A DNA stretch of 60,769 bases, the filler included. It is 3 parts of 3 records of this genome, joined end to end, with 100 filler letters (N's around TTAATTAATTAA, not from the genome) between each part and the next. Parts side by side here need not be neighbours in the genome. Positions count along the whole stretch, not along the records: positions 14,620 to 37,381 come from SRR22947727_377; positions 37,482 to 60,769 come from SRR22947727_378; 1 more part is not named here. One strand, 5' to 3'. Shown here in pieces: positions 30,602 through 38,484 of this stretch. A model generated the notes under the pieces. That model was not told where the DNA came from. It worked only from the letters and a program-made list of their open reading frames with translations, and searched no databases. The stretch's first letter is position 1. Every line of letters starts with the position of its first letter. The translations under genes were made by a program, and so were the position numbers.

Positions 30602-31623
30602 GTTCCAAACAAGGCTTCGCAGCCGGTCCCTTTTAAGATTTCATCGACGTGTTTTTGATCTTTCGACTTCAAATCAAAATAAGCTTCTCGAATCCAGCCC
30701 AGCGTTTTGGCCTGATACTTAAATGTAGGCTGTGTCCAGGGCGCGTCGTCAACGCGAGTTTCAAATGTCTTTTTGCCTGTCATGACAGCTTTGGCATTAG
30801 CCAGCATAACAGGTGTATAAGTCCGGCCAATTTCTGTTAACAACGGCCCTAGGATCTCTTTGGCACTTGAAGCCTCAAACCAGTCATCCGCCTGGGGTGA
30901 GAGACCCGACAAATCCTCCATGCGGTCTATCCACGCCCGCACACGAGCCGATATGTCCCGAGTTATTTTAGCCGAGGTCGGTTCGACAATCGCCAGCTGC
31001 GTCATCTGCCCAAAAATCGCGAAATCGGCCGCCGATGGCCGACTACCAAGCACATAGCCTTCTAGCGCGATTAATCTGTCAAGTATGTCAACAAACCGAA
31101 TATAGGCTGCCTCAATAATGGGCGCTGTTATTTCATTAGATCCGACGACATAGAGCCTATCTATCTGGCGTTGTGTGAAGTGGTCAGATAAGTTATGTGC
31201 GGTTCCGTCATCGATAACCGAACTCCCCCAAAAAACGAGCAGCGGTCCAACATTTTTGTTATCAGCCTCATGCGCCCAACGATAATGGAACATCGCTTTG
31301 GTCAGCCATTCATCAGCAAAATCTTCAATCAAGTCATTAAAGAATGCCATAATGGGATCAGCCGGAATTACAGAACGGCCTTCATAGGCTTTTTCAAAAC
31401 GCCTTATAAGCGGCGTCGAATCTGTAACCGCCACTATTTCACCACCCTTACCCGGCAAGAAATATGTTGGTAGCAAAGCTACTTTCGGTTTGGGAAAACC
31501 CTTCGGCACTTGCCCAGTCGTCCAGTGGACACGAAAAGGAATTTCTCGAAAACGCATAAGCGATAACATCTTGCGGGTATATGGCGATCCCGGTGCGCCC
31601 ATTAGGTCTATTGGATTTATCAT
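30598..31623 (-). CDS. Large glutathione S-transferase family protein
   Basis: GSPYTRKM, LLPT, DSTP, DEWLTKAMFHYRW, ADFAIFGQ. Confidence 0.82.
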   Translation of the reverse strand: MINPIDLMGAPGSPYTRKMLSLMRFREIPFRVHWTTGQVPKGFPKPKVALLPTYFLPGKGGEIVAVTDSTPLIRRFEKAYEGRSVIPADPIMAFFNDLIEDFADEWLTKAMFHYRWAHEADNKNVGPLLVFWGSSVIDDGTAHNLSDHFTQRQIDRLYVVGSNEITAPIIEAAYIRFVDILDRLIALEGYVLGSRPSAADFAIFGQMTQLAIVEPTSAKITRDISARVRAWIDRMEDLSGLSPQADDWFEASSAKEILGPLLTEIGRTYTPVMLANAKAVMTGKKTFETRVDDAPWTQPTFKYQAKTLGWIREAYFDLKSKDQKHVDEILKGTGCEALFGT

Positions 31624-31640
31624 ATATAAGAATTAATTAT

Positions 31641-31657
31641 TGGCACTTATAATGTCA
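31641..31657. promoter_or_regulatory. Operator motif copy 3 upstream of the GST-sulfatase operon
   Basis: TGGCAC-ttata-ATGTCA; its right arm overlaps a minus-strand TTGACA (-35). Confidence 0.68.
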
Positions 31658-31728
31658 ATAGAATTGTTTTTCTTATAATATTATTTCAAAACCTGCCGAA
31701 ATTAGTGGTAACGAGGACGCCCCCAAGG

Positions 31729-32124
31729 TTAGTAACCCGCTATGAAACACACTTGGGTGAGTATTTTCTCCGCCATACTCTTTGAAGTTGGGTATTTCCA
31801 TTCAGCGTTAGAAAGCGGAACGGTCTCTCCAAGTCCTTCACCCTTTGACTGTTTGTAGTATATTGCTCTCAAATCATTGTATCTGAATAATTCACAATCA
31901 CCTTGATAATAAACTTCGAAAGACAAGTTTCCATACTCATTAGGTACGAGCAGGTCTTGTAGTTCCCAATAGTACACATACCCATCATTTTTACGCATCT
32001 TATCAAAGTCTACATAGAAGGTATTACCCACCGCATCATCACCAATCTTCTCCCAATCTGCATATGCGGATGATGCAAACATTGTTGAAAAAAAGAGTGT
32101 GAGGATAAGGGTCAAATGTTTCAT
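31729..32124 (-). CDS. Secreted protein, surface-adhesin E-like
   Basis: Signal peptide ending AYA-DW; FYVDFD, YVYYWEL, GDC and terminal C pattern. Confidence 0.6.
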   Translation of the reverse strand: MKHLTLILTLFFSTMFASSAYADWEKIGDDAVGNTFYVDFDKMRKNDGYVYYWELQDLLVPNEYGNLSFEVYYQGDCELFRYNDLRAIYYKQSKGEGLGETVPLSNAEWKYPTSKSMAEKILTQVCFIAGY

Positions 32125-32187
32125 ACCCTCAATTTGCACAACTACCCTGCCCTTGGCAAGCCACTAGTCTCTTGTTAAGGGAAGGAC

Positions 32188-32292
32188 ATGAAAAGATCAG
32201 TTTCTAAGGGTAAGATTACCGTGTCTGAGGACGGCACGATTGTTCGCCTCCCCGTTGACAGTGAAGGCATAATTTACGAACATGGCCTATAA
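32188..32292 (+). pseudogene. Remnant copy of the MBL hydrolase 3' end (34-aa mini-ORF)
   Basis: 32209-32292 matches 23658-23741 at 69/84 nt and 23/27 aa (GKITVSEDG..IYEHGL*). Confidence 0.8.
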
Positions 32293-32377
32293 TAGCGAGA
32301 TTATGATAATTAAATTAGGGCATGGAGATTTTATTCGCCGTTAGGAGGAATAAAATAGACCGAATAGGAGAAAATTC

Positions 32378-33844
32378 ATTTTTAAAAAAACAGGAAACAA
32401 ACCACATTATTTTGATCAACTAAATCTATGTGAAGACATTAAAACAACAATCAATCAACTAGAATCACTTTATGAAATTTCAACAAATAACCTTAATGAA
32501 GCTTTCTCAATCTTTGCTAAAACGGGGAAACGTTCTGAAAACCAACAAACAAATTATCCCTACCTTCTCCTCCATTTACGCGAACGCAAACTTCACGGAT
32601 TAAACCCTTCCGGATTTGTAAGTATACGAGGACCTGGTTGGTATGGAACATCTATTACTCACCCAGAGATTTTCAAAAATTATCTCTATGACCAGTTAAG
32701 CCATATTCAAGCCAGTTATGACGTTGAATATTACGTTGGCCTCAGTGATGAGGAAATTCCTGTAACCTTTGCTATAGATACTTCAGATTTCAAAATAGAT
32801 AGCGAATATTCAGGATCGATTGGGGATTACTTTGCTCTTCCTAACTTAAAGACAATTCACGATGATTTAGCAGATGGCGCATTTGAGCACTCAAATGATA
32901 GTCCCCTCCCCTTGAGCCTATTTCCCGCTTTAAGAACAGACTATTCCTTGCAACGCTTAAAGCATTATACTGGGACCTCTCCCTCTGATTTTCAAAAATT
33001 CGTTATTTTCACAAACTATCAACGTTATGTTGATGAATTTATACAGCATGCAAAATCGGTGATTGGTAAGGGTACCTACAAAGGGTTTTCTAGTCCTGGT
33101 GTTGGAATTGTAACCTCAGCGAATAATTATAAGCCGCCTGATAATATCAAGCTACCCCAGATGCCCGCCTATCACCTTATAGGAGAAAACAATGAAGGCA
33201 TCACGATTATAAATATTGGCGTTGGCCCATCTAATGCGAAAACAATTACTGACCATATCGCTGTGTTAAGATCACACTGCTGGTTAATGCTAGGACATTG
33301 CGGAGGCTTACGTGATACTCAAACTCTTGGAGACTTTGTGCTTGCACATGCTTATTTGAGAGATGACCAAATTTTAGACGAAGTCTTACCACCAGCAATC
33401 CCATTACCCACAATAGCTGAGGTTCAAATTGCTCTTACAGAGGCTATAAGCAAAGTAATGAAGCTTTCTGGATCTGAAATGAAAAACCATGTTCGTACAG
33501 GCACTGTAGTTACAACAGATGATAGAAACTGGGAGATGCGTTATGCAAGCTTACGAAAAAGATTAAACCAATCGCGTGCGATTGCTATTGATATGGAGAG
33601 CGCAACCATTGCAGCGAATGGGTACCGTTATAGAGTACCATATGGAACATTATTATGCGTATCAGACAAACCATTACATGGTGAAATTAAACTCCCAGGA
33701 ACTGCGGAAGAGTTTTATAGGAGTAGGGTTTCTCAACATCTCAATATTGGATTAGAGGCAATGTCAATTATGCACGAAGCAGCCCAAACTGGAACACTCC
33801 ACTCACGAAAGCTTAGAAGTCTAGATGACCCTGTTTTTCGGTAG
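32378..33844 (+). CDS. amn: AMP nucleosidase (about 488 aa, apparent ATT start)
   Basis: FTNYQRY, PQMPAYHL, NIGVGPSNAKTITDH, DMESAT; frame stays open upstream of 32912 to a TAA at 32351 and encodes the Amn N-terminal domain; AGGAG 7 nt before ATT. Confidence 0.9.
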   Translation: MFKKTGNKPHYFDQLNLCEDIKTTINQLESLYEISTNNLNEAFSIFAKTGKRSENQQTNYPYLLLHLRERKLHGLNPSGFVSIRGPGWYGTSITHPEIFKNYLYDQLSHIQASYDVEYYVGLSDEEIPVTFAIDTSDFKIDSEYSGSIGDYFALPNLKTIHDDLADGAFEHSNDSPLPLSLFPALRTDYSLQRLKHYTGTSPSDFQKFVIFTNYQRYVDEFIQHAKSVIGKGTYKGFSSPGVGIVTSANNYKPPDNIKLPQMPAYHLIGENNEGITIINIGVGPSNAKTITDHIAVLRSHCWLMLGHCGGLRDTQTLGDFVLAHAYLRDDQILDEVLPPAIPLPTIAEVQIALTEAISKVMKLSGSEMKNHVRTGTVVTTDDRNWEMRYASLRKRLNQSRAIAIDMESATIAANGYRYRVPYGTLLCVSDKPLHGEIKLPGTAEEFYRSRVSQHLNIGLEAMSIMHEAAQTGTLHSRKLRSLDDPVFR

Positions 33845-33967
33845 AAGTCTATTAAATGTTATTTTTTAACTGCAATAAGCATAATATATAAAACAGAAAA
33901 TAAAGATCTTATAAACTTGCTTGTTTAAAAACTATTCAATATATTTTTCCAGAACTCTGGAGTATTT

Positions 33968-35518
33968 ATGTATCTATTAAAATCAATCATTTTCCTTGCT
34001 GTATCGTTGATGCTATCGCATCAAACTTTTGCAGATAAAATGCCTGAATTTCAATTTCACTCAAAAGATCTTCCTAAAAGTGGTGATATTGTTATCATAG
34101 CAACCAGTAGTGACTTAATTGGTAAAAGTGCAGAAATTGATAAATTTGTTAATAATCAAATTTCCATTGCTTTATCAAAACATGAATTTAGCGGAGATTT
34201 TGGAAATGCATTGATATTTAATGCAATATCTCCGTTTCATAAAGTAACAATCATCGGAGCAGGAACGGAAGAATTAAATAAACGAAAATTACATGATCTT
34301 GGCGGACACATAGCCTCCAAATCCGAAGGTAATACAGTTGTAATTGCTGAAGATTTAAATACTAATGTATTAGCTGCAGGGGCGCATATAGCCAAAGGAT
34401 TTGCTTTAAAAAACTACAAATTTGAAAAATACAAATATAAAGCAGATTCAACAAAAAATGACTTAAAAACATTACCAATCATAATGCATGTCAACGAACC
34501 AGATAAATCTGATCAGAATTATCATAATGACCTAGTCCACGTTGTTGAAGGAACGTACTTAGCAAGGGATTTAGGAACTGAACCCGGAAATATAATATAT
34601 CCAGATACGTTTATTGAGAGAGTCCTTCCTAAATTTTCTAATGTACAAAATATTAAAATACATATCATGAAAGAAGACGAAATTCGGCGTGAAGGCATGG
34701 GTGTATTACTTGGAACTGCTCGTGGTTCAATACATGATGCGCGTATGCTAATTATTGAATATAATGGGGCAGAAAAAGAAAAAGCACCTTTAGCTTTAGT
34801 AGGTAAAGGAATAACATTTGATACTGGTGGGATTACATTAAAGCAAAACAGTGGTATGTGGTATATGAAATCAGATTTATCAGGAGCTGCTGCGGTAGCC
34901 GGCACACTTTTAGCATCCTCAAAACGTGGTGAAAATATTAATATAGTAGGGTTAATGCCCTTATCAGAAAATATGCCTGCAGCCGACGCAATTAGGCCCG
35001 GAGATGTTTTAACAAGCATGGGAGGTAAAACTATCGAAATTGGATCAACGGATGCAGAAGGACGCCTACAACTAGCTGATGCTGTTCAGTACGCTCAAAA
35101 GTATTTTAATCCATATATGCTTTTAGATATAGCTACTCTTACAGGTTCAGCGTCAAGCGCAATGGGTTCTGATTATGGCGCAGTTTTGACCCGTGACTGG
35201 GACTTATCAATGCGTATGATGAAAATTGGTAAAAATTCAGGCGAAGATGTTTGGCCATTACCTTTGAATGAAGGCCATTTTGAACAAATTAAGTCAAATA
35301 TTGCCGATATTGTTAGTACAGCTGGTCGCCCCGGTGCATCTATAGGAGCAGCAGTTATTGGAACATTTGTTGATGAAAACTTACCTTGGGTTCATTTAGA
35401 TATAGCAGGTGTTGACTGGAGAGACAGCCCAACTCCCACCACACCTAAAGGACATGCAGGATGGGGTGTGCGTTTTATGAATGAGCTAATCAGAGAAGAA
35501 GCTAATAAGTTAGAATAA
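33968..35518 (+). CDS. M17 leucyl aminopeptidase with Sec signal peptide
   Basis: VGKGITFDTGG, MKSDLSG, STDAEGRL, DIATLTG, WVHLDIAG. Confidence 0.92.
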   Translation: MYLLKSIIFLAVSLMLSHQTFADKMPEFQFHSKDLPKSGDIVIIATSSDLIGKSAEIDKFVNNQISIALSKHEFSGDFGNALIFNAISPFHKVTIIGAGTEELNKRKLHDLGGHIASKSEGNTVVIAEDLNTNVLAAGAHIAKGFALKNYKFEKYKYKADSTKNDLKTLPIIMHVNEPDKSDQNYHNDLVHVVEGTYLARDLGTEPGNIIYPDTFIERVLPKFSNVQNIKIHIMKEDEIRREGMGVLLGTARGSIHDARMLIIEYNGAEKEKAPLALVGKGITFDTGGITLKQNSGMWYMKSDLSGAAAVAGTLLASSKRGENINIVGLMPLSENMPAADAIRPGDVLTSMGGKTIEIGSTDAEGRLQLADAVQYAQKYFNPYMLLDIATLTGSASSAMGSDYGAVLTRDWDLSMRMMKIGKNSGEDVWPLPLNEGHFEQIKSNIADIVSTAGRPGASIGAAVIGTFVDENLPWVHLDIAGVDWRDSPTPTTPKGHAGWGVRFMNELIREEANKLE

Positions 35519-35552
35519 TTTTGATTAAAAAAGTAAGATTTGAGTTAATACT

Positions 35553-35978
35553 ATGGAAAATTTTTCACCTGTCTCAGCATCATTAGGCGGTGCAATGATC
35601 GGACTGGCGGCAGTTTGGTTAATGGCAAGTGTAGGCCGTATAGCGGGTATTAGCGGAATACTTGGCGGAATATTTGAAAATAATAATAACGATAAATTAT
35701 GGAGATTCTCTTTTTTTCTGGGACTTTTGATTTCACCTCACTTGATAGCAATGTTTGACCCTTCAATATTGAGTATAAAATTTACTGTACAAAAACCATT
35801 ACTTATAACTGCTGCAGTTCTTGTTGGAATAGGAACTCAACTTGGAAGTGGATGTACGAGTGGACATGGGGTTTGTGGTAATGCGTTATTATCTAACCGC
35901 TCAATTGTTGCAACATTAATATTTATGACCACAGCCATAATTACTGTCTTTGTAATCAAATTTACAGTTGGAGTATAA
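35553..35978 (+). CDS. YeeE/YedE family sulfur-transport membrane protein
   Basis: GRIAGISGI, GSGCTSGHGVCG. Confidence 0.88.
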   Translation: MENFSPVSASLGGAMIGLAAVWLMASVGRIAGISGILGGIFENNNNDKLWRFSFFLGLLISPHLIAMFDPSILSIKFTVQKPLLITAAVLVGIGTQLGSGCTSGHGVCGNALLSNRSIVATLIFMTTAIITVFVIKFTVGV

Positions 35979-35979
35979 T

Positions 35980-36405
35980 ATGAAAATTTCAATTTCATGT
36001 TTTCTTGCAGGTATTTTATTTGGCGGTGGGCTCACATTATCGCAAATGATTAATCCAGAAAAAGTTATTTCTTTTTTAAATATAACTGGTAATTGGGATC
36101 CAAGTTTAGCTTTTGTAATGGGAGCCGCAGTGACCGTAACTTTTATAGGTTATCATGTTGTTTTAAAACGAAAAAAACCTTTACTGGTTGATAAATTTCA
36201 GTTGCCCTCCTTCAAAGATATAGACACTAAATTAATATTTGGTGCTTCAATATTCGGCATTGGATGGGGTATTGCTGGTTTATGTCCTGGACCAGCACTA
36301 GCTAGTTTAAGTTTCGGAGGCATTAACTCTTTTATTTTTGCAGGCACTATGACTCTCACAATATTTATATTTAGATACTTAAGTGCAAAAATTCTAGAAT
36401 CTTAG
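35980..36405 (+). CDS. YeeE/YedE family partner membrane protein
   Basis: MINPEKV, WDPSLAFVM, GWGIAGLCPGP. Confidence 0.88.
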   Translation: MKISISCFLAGILFGGGLTLSQMINPEKVISFLNITGNWDPSLAFVMGAAVTVTFIGYHVVLKRKKPLLVDKFQLPSFKDIDTKLIFGASIFGIGWGIAGLCPGPALASLSFGGINSFIFAGTMTLTIFIFRYLSAKILES

Positions 36406-36489
36406 AAATAAAATTAGAAATCTTGATTGGTTACAATCAGTTTTCAGTAACCTAATGAGCTGTAAATTATTCTAATTTATGAGGTACTC

Positions 36490-37381
36490 ATGTCTTCAAT
36501 TAAAGATTTTGGATTTGGAACTCAGATAAGGAAATCGCCTTATTTTGACTCAACTCTTAAATGGGGGGCTCAGGGCTTTTCAGTTTATAATCACATGTAT
36601 ATTCCCCGTGACTTTGGTAACCCTGAACAAAATTTCTGGAATCTAGTAAATGATGCAATATTATGTGATGTTGCAGTAGAACGGCAAGTTGAAATCACTG
36701 GTCCTGACGCAGCTGAGTTTATGCAAAAGTTAACCCCGCGAGACCTATCAAAAATGAAGGTTGGACAATGCAAATATATATTTATCGTAAATAATGATGG
36801 CGGGCTTTTAAATGACCCAATCTTACTGCGCTTGAGTGAAAATCATTTTTGGATTTCCTTAGCAGACTCAGATATATTATTATGGGCACAGGGTGTAGCT
36901 ATTAATTCAGGTTTAGATGTTAAAATAACCGAACCCGATGTATCGCCTTTACAGTTACAGGGACCAAAATCAGGTCTCATTATGCAAAAATTATTTGGTG
37001 AAGACATACTAAATTTACGTTATTATTGGCTTAGAGAGCTCGAGCTCGACGGTATACCACTTGTGGTCTCTAGAACAGGATGGTCAAGTGAACTCGGGTA
37101 TGAAATTTATCTGCGGGATAGTAAATATGGCTCTGAATTATGGGAAAAAATAATGGCTGCAGGCGCTCAATATGGATTAAAACCTGGTCATACGTCGACT
37201 ATAAGGCGTGTTGAAGGCGCTATGCTATCATATCATGCAGATGCGGATATAAATACGAACCCTTTTGAATTAGGCCTCGGACGCTTAATAAATCTTAACA
37301 CAGAAAACGATTTCATTGGTAAAAAAGCTTTAATAGATATTCAAGAAAAAGGCATACAAAGAATTCAAGTTGGATTAATTT
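36490..37381 (+). CDS. GcvT-family aminomethyltransferase/demethylase (DmdA-like paralog), 3'-truncated
   Basis: YNHM, DVAVERQVEITG, NDPILL, DSD, SRTGWSSELGYEIY; GAGG SD. Confidence 0.85.
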
Positions 37382-37481
37382 NNNNNNNNNNNNNNNNNNN
37401 NNNNNNNNNNNNNNNNNNNNNNNNNTTAATTAATTAANNNNNNNNNNNNNNNNNNNNNNNNNNNNNNNNNNNNNNNNNNNN
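37382..37481. other. Artificial contig spacer (N44-TTAATTAATTAA-N44)
   Basis: Linker at 37426-37437; bacterial DNA to the left, eukaryotic DNA to the right. Confidence 0.98.
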
Positions 37482-38426
37482 GTCTATTGGCGTTTCCACC
37501 CCGCACTTCAGCGACAGCCAGCCCGGCCAGGCAATCATGGCACCGTTATCGATGCAATAACGGTCGTCGGTCGAATATAGTCGACCATTCCGTTCCTTGG
37601 CCATCTGCCGCATCATCTCTTGGAGCCGCAGATTGCACCCGACGCCCCCCACAATGAGCACGTCCTGCGCACCTATGTGCGCCATGGCCCGCTCGGTGAT
37701 CTCAACGAGCATGGCGAAGATGGTTTCCTGTAGCGAGAAGCACATGTCTTCAGGTGATGCGGAGAGCGCCGCTTCTTTGGCCGCAGTCAGGATGCCGGAG
37801 AAGGACACATCCATGCCCTTGACGACGTAGGGGAGCGGGATGTACTTGGTGCCCTTCTTGGCGAGCTGCTCGATGTTGTATCCCGGGGCGGGATCGTTCG
37901 ATAAGTTGAGTACCCGGGCAAACTTGTCGAGGCAGTTTCCGACGGCAACGTCGATCGTCTCACCGAATATCCTGTACCGTTTGTTCGAGTAGGCAATGAC
38001 CTGCGTGTTGCCACCGCTGACGTACAGCACGACGGGATTCTCTGCCCCTGTAACTAGACGCCCCATTTCAATATGCCCGACGCAGTGGTTGACACCGACG
38101 ATGGGAACCTTCCAGGAGAGGGACAGGATGCGGGCGACAAGCGCGCAGACTGCAAGCGGCCCACCCATCCCCGGTCCCTTCGTATAGGCGACGCAGTCGA
38201 CCTGTTCCTTCGAGACGGAGGCTTCCTGGAGGGCCTGCTTCACGAGCGGGATTGCCCATTCTCGGTGGTGCGCGGACGTCTCTCTCGGGAGGAAGCCTTC
38301 GCCGGGCGGCGTGATGAACGTGTGACGTGGGTTGCTGAGAATGTCGCCGTCTTCAGTCACGATGCCGACACCGATCTTATTGGCGCTCCCCTCAATGCCG
38401 AGAATTACCTTCTTTCCATCCTTCAT
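37482..38426 (-). CDS. KAE1: tRNA t6A threonylcarbamoyltransferase Kae1/OSGEP, 3'-truncated
   Basis: [37 protein letters not shown] (eukaryotic type). Confidence 0.95.
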
Positions 38427-38484
38427 CGGGCGTCGGTCTTTCCGACGGGAGGACAAAAAGAAAAACAAAATTCTTGATGCATGC

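Noticed and set aside
31700-32160. Adhesin-like gene as an integron cassette
   Set aside because: TAAC and GTT cores are present but not complementary; no attC stem or integrase.
36490-37381. Calling the gene dmdA or gcvT
   Set aside because: N-terminus differs from validated DmdA and no gcvH/gcvP is adjacent.
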